A DNA stretch of 64,000 nt from Eledone cirrhosa (lineage: Eukaryota), in the NCBI GenBank assembly GCA_964016885.1, contig CAXHJY010001736.1:1-64000 (forward strand), read 5' to 3'. The notes under the pieces are model-generated. The model was not told where the DNA came from. It saw only the letters and a list, made by a program, of their open reading frames with translations, and made no database searches. Shown one piece after another: positions 1 to 15,487 of this stretch. The position numbers were made by a program, and so were the translations under genes. Within the stretch, counting starts at the first letter, position 1, and the number at the start of each line of letters is the position of its first letter.

Positions 1-262
1 AATGGCTCGTGTAAATGGGCCTTCTCTGTATACCATCCTGTAGGTAAAGAAGTAAAGGAGAGGGGAGCACCTTCTTCATGTGCTCCCCGGGCAAAGGATT
101 GCACACTTTTTCGGGGGTGTGTGCAACCCCCATCACGTCCCCTCCCTTTTGAGGTTATTTTCGATTATTTTCATGTTACACCCTTTTTACTCGATTATAT
201 GTAAACTCCCCCTTTGTATTTGTCCCTTCTTTTTATGCCTTTATGGTAAATAAAGAAATATA
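1..262 (+). mobile_element. Probable 3' end of a non-LTR retrotransposon (ORF end, structured 3' UTR, AATAAA)
   Basis: Short frame MARVNGPSLYTIL* at the window start, two hairpins (ggggagcac/gtgctcccc; ttgcacac/gtgtgcaa), a T-rich stretch and aataaa at ~248 followed by simple sequence. Clade not assignable. Confidence 0.3.
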
Positions 263-369
263 TCTATAACTATATCTCTATATTAGTACATTTGTACTAA
301 CTGAACTGTCTCTGTCATCACCAGTCTATCTGTCTGTCCACCTGTCTCTCTAACTGTATCTCTATCTGT

Positions 370-845
370 CTCCCTATCTAGGTCCCCTATCTCTATCTTG
401 GTCTCCCTATCTCTATCTAGGTCTCCCAATCCCTATCTAGGTCTCCCTATCTAGGTCCCCTAACTCTATCTTGGTCTCCCTATCTAGGTCTCCCTATCTA
501 GGTCTCCCTATCTAGGTCCCCTATCTCTATCTTGGTCCCCTATCTCTATCTTGGTCTCCCTATCTAGGTATATCTATCCCTATCTTGGTCTCCCTATCTA
601 GGTCTCCCTGTCTAGTTCTCCCTATCCCTATCTAGGTCTCCCTATCCTTATCAAGGTCTCCCTATCCTTATCTAGGTCTCCCTATCCCTATCTAGGTCTC
701 CCTATGCCTATCTAGGTCTCCCTATCCCTATGTAGGTCTCCCTATCAACGTCTCCCTATCTAGGTCTCCCTATCTAGGTCTGCCTATCTCTATCTAGGTC
801 TCCCTATCTAGGTCTCCCTATCTAGGTCCCTATATCTATGTCTCT
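370..845. repeat. Minisatellite with a ~14/20-bp unit (ctccctatctaggt)
   Basis: Tandem ctccctatctaggt and ctccctatccctatctaggt units. Confidence 0.9.
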
Positions 846-943
846 ATATATCAGTTTTATCATATTTTAATATGACAACCTTGGGAACAGGCCATGATAT
901 TAATGTCTTTGAAACACCTTGTATACATATATGTGTGTGTGTG

Positions 944-1010
<67 letters not shown>

Positions 1011-1059
1011 ATATATATATATATATATGTGTGTGTTTGTATGTAAATGTGTGTGTATG

Positions 1060-1090
<31 letters not shown>

Positions 1091-1160
1091 GTGTATATAC
1101 ATATATACACATATACATATACACACTTTCCTCTCTTTCTATTTCTCGAATTTCATTCTA

Positions 1161-1196
1161 TTTTCTGATGAAGGACTAACGTCCGAAACGTTAAAA
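1161..1196 (+). ncRNA. Minimal type-I hammerhead ribozyme (family A)
   Basis: tttt-CTGATGA-a-ggac(taac)gtcc-GAA-ACGT-T-aaaa: stem I 4 bp, stem II 4 bp, palindromic ACGT in place of stem III. Confidence 0.75.
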
Positions 1197-1494
1197 CTGT
1201 TTTCCTATTATATCAAGCGTAAAACTAACATATTTCTTCATTGTACTATGTTGTTTACTTTGTTATTTCTGTTTACCCTTTGCACACACACACACACACA
1301 TATAATGGGTATGTGTATATATATATATGTGCGTGTATGCGTATATGTGTGTGTGCGTACGTGTGTGTGAATATAGTGTGTGTGTATGCTTATATATATA
1401 TATATAAGTTTATCCAGGGTTCAATAGAGGGTAACCACAGTAAGTAAGGTACTCAATACACAGCAGAATATAAATATTTAATGTAGAAAGGCTT

Positions 1495-1539
1495 CTACAG
1501 GACCAGAACTGTTTCATTCCGGAAAAATCATCAGGAAGC
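1495..1539 (-). ncRNA. Hammerhead core, degenerate (family B)
   Basis: Reverse complement gcttc-CTGATGA-tttttccggaat-GAAAC; weak stem II. A related copy lies at 27735-27815. Confidence 0.45.
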
Positions 1540-1543
1540 TATG

Positions 1544-1588
<45 letters not shown>

Positions 1589-1606
1589 GTAGAAGCCTGT
1601 CTACAT

Positions 1607-1644
<38 letters not shown>

Positions 1645-1784
1645 TTTGTTTACGTAAGTTCGGAGGGTATGTGCATAAACACTTACTCACCGTACTGTAT
1701 TATTGCAGTATTGTGTTAGCTCAATGTACATAGACAGATCCCTTATATGCAAAAGAAACCAAAGAACTCAAACAGTCTTTATTC

Positions 1785-1830
1785 ACTAACAATGTTTCAT
1801 CCTCACCTTTAGGCAGGAATCATCAGAGCT
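1785..1830 (-). ncRNA. Minimal hammerhead ribozyme (family C)
   Basis: Reverse complement gct-CTGATGA-t-tcctgcc(taaa)ggtgagga-t-GAA-ACATTGT-T-agt. Confidence 0.65.
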
Positions 1831-2299
1831 CAACAAATACCGTGTTGAGTATAAGCGCCGCAATAACTTAGTCACATGATCAATCAGAAAAAATAATATG
1901 GGGATTGGAGATAGCTAACAAAGAGGTTCATGCTTGGGTTACTAAGCTTCACTGCAAAATACCAAGGTACAATTGGATTCAACAAGATGAAGACACAGTA
2001 GATTAAAAAGTGTGAAAGCATTAAAAAGTACATAATAAATACATAAAAATGCATAAAAAATACATAAAGAAATACAGGCAAATGTTAAAACATAATATAA
2101 ATTATATTAAAGTAATAAAAAATATAAAAATAAAGATAAAAAAATAATAATAGAGATAATATAATAAAATGAAATGAAGAAAAATAATATATATATAATG
2201 TAGAAGCCTGTCTACATTAAATATATATATATATATATATAAATGAGAGGTATAGAGATTGTTTTAGCAAGAAGCTAACGGCATTCTATAACATATATG

Positions 2300-2520
2300 C
2301 GACTATAACGTCAAGATGGGAAAAGTAGTTAACGAAAGATTTAGGAAAAATAACTCAAACTCATCTCAAAAGAGAATCAGGATATAAATTCATCCACAGA
2401 ATTTAGTAAAATCCATGGAAAAATCTATAGACCTTTAACTCATGATAAAATAAAGTTTGAAACACTTATCCTTCAATTTGGAATAACATCAAATGCTCTG
2501 TATAGTCTTAAAAGACTATT
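2300..2520 (-). pseudogene. Decayed Penelope-like RT thumb fragment
   Basis: Minus-strand peptides LYRAFDVI, FSMDFTKF and MNLYPDSL resemble the PLE thumb pattern (L.RA..I / F..E / N.YP). Frameshifted and (TA)n-flanked. Confidence 0.4.
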
Positions 2521-3227
2521 TCATGAAAACTTTCAGTGGAGATGGTCACGGTTGGATTTCATTCATCAGCAGAGCTCAACAGAAACCAGGGCTCTCACAG
2601 TAGTATAATCCGAAAAAGGGAATTCTAAAACTGGCTAGTTCGCCTTCATGTGTATTTATGAAAAAGCACATGAGGAAAAAACGGGGCTAGTGACGTCAGG
2701 ATGGAAGTGAATGTTTATTTACAAGAAATAGCAGTCAAATACATTCTGAAAAAAAACTCTACAAAGGAGTTCAGCAAAATAGCAATAATTATCACAGTTT
2801 TTATGAAAAAAACCGGGATTAGTCACAGATAGTTTAAGCACTCTATATATATATCGTTCGATATGTCCAGGTCAGTTGTCTAACCTGATTATTTTCTTCG
2901 TTTGGTATTGTGTGGCTAGGTCTACCTAGTGCAATTTTCAATTTGTCAAGCTGTCTAAACGTATGTTATTACTCTAAGGCCTACCTTATTGAGTGCTTTG
3001 CTGCTTATTCCTAATTGTAGGTCGTTTTGCTTGGCCACAGCCAAAGTTTCCATTTTACTAAGCTTCCACTTGTATATATATATATATATATATATATGGA
3101 AAGTTATATTTAAATTGTTGGGTTACAACTAGTAAATATTTATAACTGATATAAAAGCACTCAACAAGTATTTGGAGTATATTTACGATATTAAATAAAT
3201 GGAAACTATATTTATAAAACCATATCT

Positions 3228-3291
3228 ATTTCATTATATATATTTCAGGGATATCATATTAACAATATGTTATGCCTTCTTCAGACAAAAT
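3228..3291 (-). ncRNA. Hammerhead ribozyme (family D, left arm)
   Basis: Mirror of 3431-3494. Confidence 0.7.
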
Positions 3292-3430
3292 ACAATATAG
3301 ACAGTTTTATAGATAAATAGATTTGACATACCGTTCAACATCGACTTGTATTTGAAATCAACTTTTTCAAAAAGAAGTCGATGTTGAACGGTATGTCAAA
3401 TCTATTTATCTATAAAACTGTCTATATTGT

Positions 3431-3494
3431 ATTTTGTCTGAAGAAGGCATAACATATTGTTAATATGATATCCCTGAAATATATATAATGAAAT
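3431..3494 (+). ncRNA. Hammerhead ribozyme (family D, right arm)
   Basis: attttgt-CTGAAGA-aggcataacatatt(gtt)aatatgatatccct-GAA-ATATATAT-A-atgaaat: 7-bp stem I with G.U pairs and a palindromic stem III. Confidence 0.75.
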
Positions 3495-3534
3495 AAATAT
3501 GGTTTTATAAATATAGTTTCCATTTATTAATATC

Positions 3535-3602
<68 letters not shown>

Positions 3603-3830
3603 TCCATTACCGGTATTACATTGAGCACAAGTTCCGTTCATTGAATTAACTTGAGCACTCGTTATCGGAGATGACAGTGCTCCACTCTCCCTCCCAGTGT
3701 GTGTGTGTGTGTGTGTGTGTGTGCAGCCTTGACCAAACCAGGTTTCAATAATCTGATTAAAAATGAAAAGGTCACTCTGTTGAAATGAAATCTGTTTTTT
3801 TTTTAAATATTATGCTTTTTTTTTGCTTTT

Positions 3831-3861
<31 letters not shown>

Positions 3862-4222
3862 ACATTTCCTGCCGAAGAAATTTGTTGAGTGTTGTGTATG
3901 TATGTGTAGGTATTAGTATGTATGTGTATATGTGTATACACACATATATATATATATACACACATATATATATATACACACATATATATATATATATACT
4001 CACATATCGGTCCCTCATATACACATATACACATACATATCGGTCCCTCGCCATACACACACATATATATATATACACATACACACATATACACATACAT
4101 ATCAGTACCTCTACCATACACACACATATATACACACACATAAATGCACACACACATTTTTTATATCTATATATCTATATATATATACACACACATACAT
4201 ATATCGGTAAACCCCTCCCCCC

Positions 4223-4263
<41 letters not shown>

Positions 4264-4423
4264 TGTGTGTGTGTATCTATTTATATACGCACACACATAC
4301 ACAGTCATTTCATGAGTTATTTCCTGTACCTTTTATTATGTAAATTACACTTGCCCAAAAATATACGCAATTCTCTCTCTCTCTCTCTCTCACACACTGT
4401 GATTTACTGTTCTATAAACCCAG

Positions 4424-4472
4424 ACTGTAGTCTACTGACGAGGTCAAATAGATTGAAACAAGTCTCTACAGT
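4424..4472 (+). ncRNA. Type-I hammerhead ribozyme (family E)
   Basis: actgtag-tcta-CTGACGA-ggtc(aaata)gatt-GAAAC-aa-GTC-t-ctacagt: 7-bp distal stem I plus internal loop, GUC cleavage triplet. Confidence 0.7.
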
Positions 4473-4479
4473 TGTCCTA

Positions 4480-5445
4480 ATGTATCTAGGACTACATTAT
4501 GAAATGAAATCTGGTCTTGTTTAAAGTGTATCTAGGACCACATTACGTTATGTGACCTGATCATATTCAAAGTCTATCTAGGACTACATTATGTAATGTG
4601 ACCTTATCTCAGTCAAAGTGTATCTAGGACTACATTATGTAATGTGACCTTATCTCATTCCAAGTGTATCTAGGACTACATTATGTAATGTGACCTTATC
4701 TTAGTCAAAGTGTATCTAGGACTACATTATGTAATGTGACCTTATCTTAGTCAAAGTGTATCTAGGACTACATTATGTAATGTGACCTTATCTCATTCCA
4801 AGTGTATCTAGGACTACATTATGTAATGTGACCTTATCTCATTCCAAGTGTATCTAGGACTACATTATGTAATGTGACCTTATCTCATTCCAAGTGTATC
4901 TAGGACTACATTATGTAATGTGATCTTATCCTATTCCAAATGTATCTAGGACTACATTATATAATGTGACTTTATCTCATTCCAAGTGTATCTAGGACTA
5001 CATTATGTAATGTGACATCTCATTCCAAGTGTATCTAGGACTACATTATGTAATGTGACATCTCATTCCAAGTGTATCTTGGACTACATTATATGATGTG
5101 ACCTCATCTCATTTCAAGTGTATCTAGGACTACATTATATAATTGTTTCTACTTTAGGCACAAGGCCAGCAATTACCCAGTGCATTACTGGTACTTTATT
5201 TTATCGACCCCGTAAGGATGAAAGGCAAAGTCAACCTCGGCGGGATTTGAACTCAGATCGTAAAGGGACGTAACTATGCTGGAAAGCATGGCGTCCGACC
5301 CTCTACCGATACTGCTAATCCACCGCCCTTTCTCATTCCAAGTGTATCTAGGACTACATTATGTAATGTGACCCCATCTCAAAGTGTACCTAGGACTACA
5401 TTATGTAATGTGCCCTAATCTTATTCAAAGTTTATCTAGGACTTC
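4480..5445. repeat. 46-bp tandem minisatellite, interrupted by a SINE
   Basis: Unit aagtgtatctaggactacattatgtaatgtgaccttatctcattcc; period 46 (4801 to 4847). Confidence 0.95.
5142..5328 (-). mobile_element. tRNA-derived SINE (family S1)
   Basis: On minus: A-box-like gcagtatcggtagagg, B-box gagttcaaatcc, central gcctttcatccttacggggtcgataaa domain (MetaSINE-like, from memory) and tail ggccttgtgcctaaagtagaaac. At least 9 copies in the window. Confidence 0.85.
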
Positions 5446-5927
5446 GTTATCAAACATGTCCCTTTCTTTCTGATATGTAAAAGGCAATATGGCGTGATTT
5501 GAGGGGTTGTACGTGTGGGCGGGGGACGGGGCAGAGTTAGTTATTATATCTTAGCAGGTCAATTGATCACGTGGAGGGTTTTCTAGCTGGCTTCTTGAAA
5601 ACTTCAAGATTCAAGATATGATGATCATGACTTCTGTGGTAAGAAAGGGAAAGGGAGATAATCTTCAAGTGGGTGGATAGTCGGAAGTAGATTAAAAAAA
5701 TAATAAAAATAATAAAAAAAAACAGGCAAGAAAAACAACCACAACAACAACACCAAATAAGAATAATAATTAGCAAATAGAAGTAAAACAAAAATCATGA
5801 TAATGAGTCCTTATCTGTATTGATGACGTCACTAATGACCTCAATGGAAGCAACCTCGATGTCACCTGCTTTAAATCCTCTGGCCTTAATGTTGGCACTA
5901 ATTAAGAAAAGTTATGTGTGAGAGCAT

Positions 5928-5995
<68 letters not shown>

Positions 5996-6343
5996 TACAT
6001 TAATGTACATATATATGCATGTATTTTAATATATACATATGGATATATATATATATATATATGGATATATATATATATATATATATGGATATATATATAT
6101 ATATATATGGATATATATATATATATATATATATGGATATATATATATATATGGATATATATATATATATATATATGGATATATATATATATATATATAT
6201 ATGGATATATATATATATATATATATATGGATATATATATATATATATATATATATGGATATATATATATATGGATATATATATATATATATATATATAG
6301 ATATATTAAAATATATATATATATATATATATATAGATATATT

Positions 6344-6379
<36 letters not shown>

Positions 6380-6482
6380 TATATTAAAATATATATATAT
6401 ATGGATATATATATATATATGGATATATATATATATGGATATATATATATATATATATATATATATGGATATATATATATAT

Positions 6483-6558
<76 letters not shown>

Positions 6559-6600
6559 ATATATATATATATGGATATATATATGGATATATATATATAT

Positions 6601-6718
<118 letters not shown>

Positions 6719-6746
6719 ATATATATATATATATATATATATATAT

Positions 6747-6784
<38 letters not shown>

Positions 6785-6798
6785 ATATATATATATAT

Positions 6799-6876
<78 letters not shown>

Positions 6877-6928
6877 ATATATATATATATATATATATAT
6901 ATGGATATATATATATATATATATATAT

Positions 6929-6980
<52 letters not shown>

Positions 6981-7100
6981 ATATATATATGGATATATAT
7001 ATATATATATATATATGGATATATATATATATATGGATATATATATATATATATATATATATATGGATATATATATATATATGGATATATATATATATAT

Positions 7101-7232
<132 letters not shown>

Positions 7233-7264
7233 ATATATATATATATGGATATATATATATATAT

Positions 7265-7340
<76 letters not shown>

Positions 7341-7356
7341 ATATATATATATATAT

Positions 7357-7398
<42 letters not shown>

Positions 7399-7430
7399 AT
7401 ATATATATATATGGATATATATATATATAT

Positions 7431-7467
<37 letters not shown>

Positions 7468-7497
7468 ATATATATATATATGGATATATATATATAT

Positions 7498-7569
<72 letters not shown>

Positions 7570-7599
7570 ATATATATATATATATGGATATATATATAT

Positions 7600-8020
<421 letters not shown>

Positions 8021-8036
8021 ATATATATATATATAT

Positions 8037-8086
<50 letters not shown>

Positions 8087-8105
8087 ATATATATATATGG
8101 ATATA

Positions 8106-8219
<114 letters not shown>

Positions 8220-8243
8220 ATATATATATATATATATATATAT

Positions 8244-8278
<35 letters not shown>

Positions 8279-8281
<3 letters not shown>

Positions 8282-8380
8282 CTGGACTATATGGTAGTCC
8301 AGAAATAGCCGTCGAAACGGCTTCAGCTCTGCCGTCGGGGTCATACTTTTTCTTATTTCCCAGTCTACTACCCCTAAGTA
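8279..8380 (+). mobile_element. Family F hairpin element, partial copy
   Basis: tctggactatatggtagtccagaaatagccgtcgaaacggc...cccctaagta, embedded in (TA)n. Confidence 0.8.
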
Positions 8381-8389
8381 TATATACAT

Positions 8390-8471
<82 letters not shown>

Positions 8472-8495
8472 ATATATATATATATATATATATAT

Positions 8496-8543
<48 letters not shown>

Positions 8544-8569
8544 ATATATGGATATATATATATATATAT

Positions 8570-8695
<126 letters not shown>

Positions 8696-8719
8696 ATATA
8701 TATATATATATATATATAT

Positions 8720-8833
<114 letters not shown>

Positions 8834-8839
8834 ATATAT

Positions 8840-8891
<52 letters not shown>

Positions 8892-8979
8892 ATATATGGA
8901 TATATATATATATATGGATATATTAGGTATGATAGTAAGCTGACTTTTTTCTAATTATATCAGATTATATAGATATATA

Positions 8980-9126
8980 TAAAGTATGACCCCGACGGCA
9001 GAGCTCAAGCCATTTCGACGGCTATTTCTGGACTATATGGTAGTCCAGAAATAGCCGTCGAAACGGCTTCAGCTCTGCCGTCGGGGTCATACTTTTTCTT
9101 ATTTCCCAGTCTACTACCCCTAAGTA
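8980..9126. mobile_element. Family F fold-back element
   Basis: ~55-bp inverted arms (aaagtatgaccccgacggcagagc.../...gctctgccgtcggggtcatacttt) around the loop tatgg. With its left flank it matches 10857-11062. Confidence 0.85.
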
Positions 9127-9172
9127 TATATACATACACATATATATATTATATATATATATATATATATAT

Positions 9173-9272
<100 letters not shown>

Positions 9273-9290
9273 ATATATATATATATATAT

Positions 9291-9382
<92 letters not shown>

Positions 9383-9436
9383 ATATATATATATATATAT
9401 ATATATATGGATATATATATATATATATATATATAT

Positions 9437-9616
<180 letters not shown>

Positions 9617-9640
9617 ATATATATATATATATATATATAT

Positions 9641-9684
<44 letters not shown>

Positions 9685-9720
9685 ATATATGGATATATAT
9701 ATATATATATATGGATATAT

Positions 9721-9790
<70 letters not shown>

Positions 9791-9838
9791 ATATATGGAT
9801 ATATATATATATATGGATATATATATATATATATATAT

Positions 9839-9878
<40 letters not shown>

Positions 9879-10085
9879 ATATATATATAATATATGTATA
9901 TATATATAGTATATGTATATATATATAGTATATGTATATATATATAGTATATGTATATATATATAGTATATGTATATATATATATATATATAGTGTATAT
10001 ATATATATATATAGTGTATGTATATGTATATATATATAGTATATGTATATGTATATATATATATAGTATATGTATATATATATAG

Positions 10086-10117
<32 letters not shown>

Positions 10118-10917
10118 GTATATGTGTATGTATATATATATAGTGTATGTATATATATATAGTGTATGTATATGTATATATATACATATAGTGTATATAT
10201 ATGTATATATATGTGTATGTATATGTATATATATACATATAGTGTATATATATGTATATATATGTGTATGTATATGTATATATATACATATAGTGTATGT
10301 ATATATATATAGTGTATATATATGTATATATATATGTGTATGTATATATATATAGTGTATATATATGTATATATATATGTGTATGTATATGTATATGTAT
10401 ATATATATATACATATAGTGTATGTATATATATATAGTGTATATATATGTATATATATATGTGTATGTATATATATATAGTGTATATATATGTATATATA
10501 TATGTGTATGTATATGTATATGTATATATATACATATAGCGTATGTATATATATATGTGTATGTATATGTATATGTATATATATACATATAGCGTATGTA
10601 TATATATATGTGTATGTATATGTATATGTATATATATACATATAGCGTATGTATATATATATGTGTATGTATATGTATATGTATATATATACATATAGCG
10701 TATGTATATATATATAGTGTATATATATGTATATATATATAATGTGTGTGTATATACATATATACACACCCCGCCTCACTAATACATATACTATATATAG
10801 TAAAAAGGAGAGTTATATTTATACATCCCTCTACATAATCTGTTTAATACAGTTATTATTAGGTATGATAGTAAGCTGACTTTTTTCTAATTATATCAGA
10901 TTATATAGATATATATA

Positions 10918-11117
10918 AAGTATGACCCCGACGGCAGAGCTCAAGCCATTTCGACGGCTATTTCTGGACTATATGGTAGTCCAGAAATAGCCGTCGAAAC
11001 GGCTTCAGCTCTGCCGTCGGGGTCATACTTTTTCTTATTTCCCAGTCTACTACCCCTAAGTATTGAGTACTCTGGTGCGTTATGGTCCATCTGGTTCCTT
11101 ACCACACCTCCTTCGTT
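10918..11117. mobile_element. Family F fold-back element with the full right end
   Basis: Same palindrome plus a 3' extension ...ggttccttaccacacctccttcgt running into (TA)n. Confidence 0.85.
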
Positions 11118-11127
11118 ATATATACAT

Positions 11128-11200
<73 letters not shown>

Positions 11201-11327
11201 GTTATATCAGATTATATATATATATATGTGTGTGTGTGTGTATATATATATGTATATATATATATATATATATATACACAAACTCATACTCTACATACAT
11301 ACATACATACATACATACATACATACA

Positions 11328-11359
<32 letters not shown>

Positions 11360-11360
11360 C

Positions 11361-14300
11361 AGTCTCATATTTTGGCGTGGGAGACTATTTATTAAATTTA
11401 AGATGAATACTATCTCCGACAGTAATGCCACAACTACAGTCAGGTTGAATAACTGGTTATTCTTCTAACTATCCCTTCTGAAGACACCTTTTATTCGAAT
11501 TCGTAGAGATATCCGACTAAATACATAATTCATTTTACAAGGATTTGCTACAAACAGCATGGCTGAACATAACATCAACAAAAAAATTAAGGAAGTATCG
11601 AAGACAAATAACAAAGAAGGTAATCAAACTTTATTCAGCTGTAGCTACAGAAGAAACCGAAATTATAAATCGCATTTCTCTTGGAGTTGCGAACTTAATA
11701 ATGATTTATTTAATTGTTATAAAATAGCAAAAAACAATCCCTCCATTGGCTATATGAACAGAATGAAGCTACACTGGGACGAAATGCACCCAGAGCTAAA
11801 TTATTTCACAGCGACACAATTACGCCAACAAGCGACGTTTGTTGAACGTAAAAATAAGATAAATATTATTAATTGTAAGTCCCCCACACCAAACATGTTA
11901 TCAACAACACGTGTTACAGGTCGCCATACTACTAGACTTCCTAGCAGCCAGGTCGAACAGCGCCTTGAAACAACTATGCTTGTAAGAAACTTGACACCAC
12001 CTGTACCATCTAAGTCTACATCGAATGCTGGGGAAAACACTATCGATAATAATAAGAATCGAAGAAATAATAATAATAATCGAATAAATGTGACACCACG
12101 TATACCATCCGAGTCTACCTCGACTGTTGTGGAAAATACTATCGATAATGATAATAATCAAAAGTATAAACAATTGAAATTTTCCCTCAACGAAATCTTC
12201 CAGAGAGAAATTAACTCATGTATAAATATTGCTGAACGTATTAAAACGACAATGTTTAATAAAAAACTAAATAATGAAATATTACGTGTTATTGACGAAA
12301 TAGGGGATGAATATTTACGACGGATAAAACCCCAACATTTTGGCAAATCAACGCCTGTTTATATGCCTTAGCAATGACAGTGAAGCATTAACAAGAACAA
12401 AACACCACCTAAAATACCATCATATATAACTAAAAAAGAAAAAAAGATTGCTGACCTACGAAAAAACATAGTATATATGACAACCCTCCTTACATACAAA
12501 CAAACACAAAAAAACCTCACTCCTCACCAACAAAGAGTGAAAAATAAAATAGAGACGATGTTTAGTAACAGTAGAACCAGAACTCTTCAATATAAGCTGA
12601 TCACCCTCAAACAAGAATTGAGAGCTGATAGCGAAAAACGCCGATACCTGAAGAAGGTAGATGAGAGAAAAGTGCTTAATAAGAGATTCAGACGAAACCA
12701 AACATCAGTCTATAGAGATATGAAGGGCAAATTAATAAGTGTCACTGAGGTCCCATCCCAGAAAGACATAGATTCCTTTTGGAGCAAAATATGGGGTGAA
12801 AAGAAGAATTTCAACCAAGATGCAGTGTGGCTCAGAGAAATCCGAAAGAACTATTGCTCCTACACTACAACAAAAACATACGAAATAAGTGAGGGTACCC
12901 TTGAGACTGTGATAGGAAAACTCCAAGATAAGAAAACACCAGGAAGAGACATGATTGTCGGCTACTGGTACAAAAAACTAATATTCTATCGGAGGTATCT
13001 TACTGGCCTCTACCAACAAGTTCTTAAGGGAGATACACTTATACCAGAATGGTTGACATTAGCACAAACGTTACTGGTCCCCAAGAACAAAGACACCCAC
13101 TTGGCAAAAAAACTACCGACCCATTGCATGCCAGAACCTAATGTATAATATGTATACAGCCTGCCTCAACCTATTCCTCCAAGATCACTGTGAAAATAAT
13201 AACATCATCACAGATGAACAAGCAGCTGAAAAGAATGGGGTTTGGGGATGTGCTGAACAACACCTAATCAACAAAACTGCGATGTCGGAGGTGCGACAAC
13301 TTAGGAGGAATATGGCTACAGTCTGGCTGGACTACAGGAAAGCTTTCGATTCTGTTCCCCACTCTTGGATGATAGAGGCCCTCCAACTTGCTAAAGTCCC
13401 AGACATTATTGTCAGAGCCATAGAGAAGCTGTCTTCTTCTTGGGCTACTATCCTAAGGTTAAAGACAAAGAGGGAGGACTCTATTTTCACTGATAAAATA
13501 AAATATTGCAGGGGTATATTTCAGGAGGACAGTCTCTATGTGATATTGTTCATCTTGTCATTAAACCCCTTGTCCTTTCTGCTCAAGAAATGTGAGGGAT
13601 ACATCATTGGCTCACAGGAGGACAGAAATACGAACCTAACCCATAATTTCTTTGTGGACGATCTGAAACTCTATGCCAAGAACATGGGTGAAGAAAAATC
13701 TTGACCTGGTTACAACGTTCTCAAAGGATATAGGAATGGAGTTTGGCCAAGATAAATGCTCATACATGACTGTAAAACGGGGAAAAACAACAACCCAATT
13801 TAGCAACATTGTCATCAATGGCCTAACTGTTTCACCGATATCTGATGAGGACTGCTACAGATACCTGGGGATAGATGAGAACAAATCCTATAATGGTATC
13901 TGTAATAAAGAACGCGTAACCAGGGAATACTACACCCGATTAAGAAAGATCTGATCATCGGAACTCTCTGCGCAAAACAAAACAGTGGCTCACAATGTGT
14001 TTGCTGTGCCTGTCTTAACACCAACGTTTGGAATACTCAATTGGACGATAGACGAAATCCGAGCAGTTGATGTTGGAACTCGAAAAATACTAAACAACAC
14101 CGGAAACGTAAGCAGGGAGGCAGAGGCCTAACATCAGTCCAGACAACATTTGAATGTCGCATCATATCTCTCCGACAACATCTACGAACCTCGAAGCGTA
14201 GGAGCCCGTTTCTCGAGCAAGTCTATCTGCATGAAACAGATAAGATCATGAGAGTTGGGAAGGAACTCCTCGAGAGATATTCCCTGTGTGATAATCAAAA

Positions 14301-15377
14301 ACTCACACCCAGGGAAGTCGCTCAGCAGTATCTCAGTGAATCCATGGATGAAAAACTGCATACTTATCAGCAAAAAATCATGCATGGATATGTTGCCAGG
14401 AAGCTCCAGAGTGAGAGTAATATAGATAAGGAAAATAGTTTATCTTGGACCAACAACCGCTATATTGGCTCCCACTTTGAAGGATACGCTTTTGCAATCC
14501 AAGAACAGGAGATTAACACGAAAAACCTGATCCACAAAAGTGATAGGGATGCAGGCAAAACACCTAGATGTGAAAACAAGTGCAGAACTAACATCGAGGA
14601 TATCACCCATGTCATCAGCAGCTGTCCAAAGATGTCATCGCGGTACTATCTACCTATGAGGCATGATGTAGTGGCCAAAACACTGTACAATGCAGTTCGT
14701 AAAAAAGATAATAAACACATTAAAAGCTATAGCAATGTGGAAGACATCCATGTACATAATATGTGAAAGAGTACTGGTGGAATATTCCAGTAAAAACCCT
14801 GATAAAATAACAGACCAGATATTATGATATGGGACAGGGAGAAGAAAACATGCACAGTAGTGGAAATTAGCTGCCCAGCAGATGCCAATATAATATCAAA
14901 GATTAGTGAAAAGGAGAATATTTATGCAGAACTGATGAGAAATCTGCAGATACTCCACCCTCATTACACCTTCAGATATATGCCTGTGATTATTGGGACA
15001 CTGGGGTATGTTAGTAACTGCCTCAATACAAATCTCGAGAAGCTAGGCTTCACAGGAACAGAAAGAACACAACTAGTTAGGAAATTACAAGCACAATCCA
15101 TTAATGGAACAGTAAAAATATGTAAAACATTCCAAAGATTGTGCATCTAATAACTGCATATACACATGTACAGATGCAAAGCATATACACATGCACACAT
15201 ACAACTCAAAACATACACATCCACACATACAATAACATCCATATCTACACATGCATGCATACATACATATCTACCTAGTTGATGTTGTGTAAATTCCAAT
15301 GAGAGAGTCTTGTGTCTATGTTAGAAACCGACTCTCTCTCTATTGGTAAAACTTTGTGAAATTATAAAACCAGAAGA
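11361..15377 (+). mobile_element. Near full-length, inactivated R4/Dong-clade non-LTR retrotransposon (RT + CCHC + restriction-like endonuclease)
   Basis: ORF pieces 11559-15150 carry the N-terminal W..N..CY...GY..RM...W motif, RT motifs KTPGRDMIVGYWYK, WLDYRKAFDSVPH, RGIFQ.DSL, FFVDDLKLY and YRYLG, then AIQEQ, C..EDITHVISSC, RHD and NRPDIMIWD..EISCP. Several frameshifts and stops; 3' UTR hairpin ~15296-15346; (TACA)n on both sides. Confidence 0.92.
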
Positions 15378-15487
15378 ACATACATACATACATACATACA
15401 TACATACATACATACATACATACATACATACATACATACATACATACATACATACATACATACATACATACATACATACATACACAC

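Larger units (their letters stand above)
3185..3536. mobile_element. ~350-bp head-to-head palindrome (PLE pLTR-like) with a hammerhead in each arm
   Basis: Arms ~3185-3347 and ~3375-3536 are near-perfect reverse complements with a ~27-nt spacer; (TA)n on the right. A partial copy lies at ~43095-43150. Confidence 0.85.

Noticed and set aside
4480-5445. CRISPR-like regular repeats (also 17980, 44250, 53165)
   Set aside because: Head-to-tail units with no unique spacers, no cas genes, eukaryotic context.
5480-5660. Possible minus-strand terminal exon after a pyrimidine tract
   Set aside because: Only ~21 codons with no partner exon, and the downstream part resembles a repeat tail also seen near 59560-59620.
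13842-14945. CTGATGA matches inside the R4 ORF and at 2563, 20602, 21868, 32105, 50413, 54798
   Set aside because: No stem II closed by GAAA, or no stem I, so not counted as hammerheads.
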